This document shows, piece by piece, positions 63,537-64,000 of a stretch of DNA of 64,000 nucleotides. Every line of letters begins with the position of its first letter. The stretch's first letter is position 1. The notes below the pieces were generated by a model. The model made no database searches. It was given only the letters and a program-made list of their open reading frames with translations, and was not told the origin of the DNA. Made by a program: the position numbers and the translations under genes. The stretch comes from Eledone cirrhosa (Eukaryota), in NCBI GenBank assembly GCA_964016885.1, contig OZ024741.1, positions 40,920,001 to 40,984,000 on the forward strand, read 5' to 3'.

Positions 63537-63755
63537 GGGCAGAGGATTTGCAGTGTTGGTAGAATGTCAGGCATCTTGCTTTGCAGTATAGAGTTATGGC
63601 CATTTACGTTCTGAGATCAAATCCTGCAGGAGTTAGCTTTGCCTTTCATCCTTACAGACTCGATAAAATAAAGTACCAGTAATGCACTGGGGTCAATTTA
63701 ATCGACTTCCCCGCCACAAAATATCTGGCCTTGTGCCTATAGTAGAAATCATTAT
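63537..63755 (+). mobile_element. Family A SINE (diverged)
   Basis: GCCTTTCATCCTTAC..TCGATAAAATAAAGTACCAGT core and tail. Confidence 0.8.
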
Positions 63756-64000
63756 ATAATTCAGTAACACAATTAAAAGTAAGACAAAAATAACAAAAAC
63801 AAAATAATAAGGTGAGCGTAAACTCTATAGCTACCTCAGCTACACAGCATATCTCAGTTGCACCCCTTGGACAGGATGGTGAAGATATATAACAATCTGT
63901 AATATTTGCTGCATCAGCTATCGCATCCCATGGGGCTCTCTCTGCCAAGCATGATGGCATCAACTCTATACTCTAAGCTGAATAACATATCTTAGCTACA

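Overview
AT-rich eukaryotic genomic DNA, crowded with microsatellites, with no recognisable intact host gene. The repeat inventory looks like an octopod cephalopod; this is from memory of the SINE and LINE-tail families, not a database result. Most ORFs in the track are microsatellite or antisense artefacts. Real coding signal comes only from retroelements: a near-intact RTE-clade LINE (13847-17168, two 1-nt frameshifts), a decayed PHD-containing RTE (40830-43464), a decayed Penelope-like element (PLE, 20281-23195) and many fragments. Also present are tRNA-derived SINEs, TTAA and TA MITEs, a non-autonomous Helitron and minisatellites. The most notable hidden layer is at least 15 type-I hammerhead ribozyme (HHR) motifs. 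About 7 keep all core nucleotides, most have a family-specific palindromic stem-III hexamer, and several sit in fold-back palindromes or a terminally redundant 529-bp unit. Together they suggest non-autonomous PLE or retrozyme-like elements. All structures were folded by eye; activity is untested.
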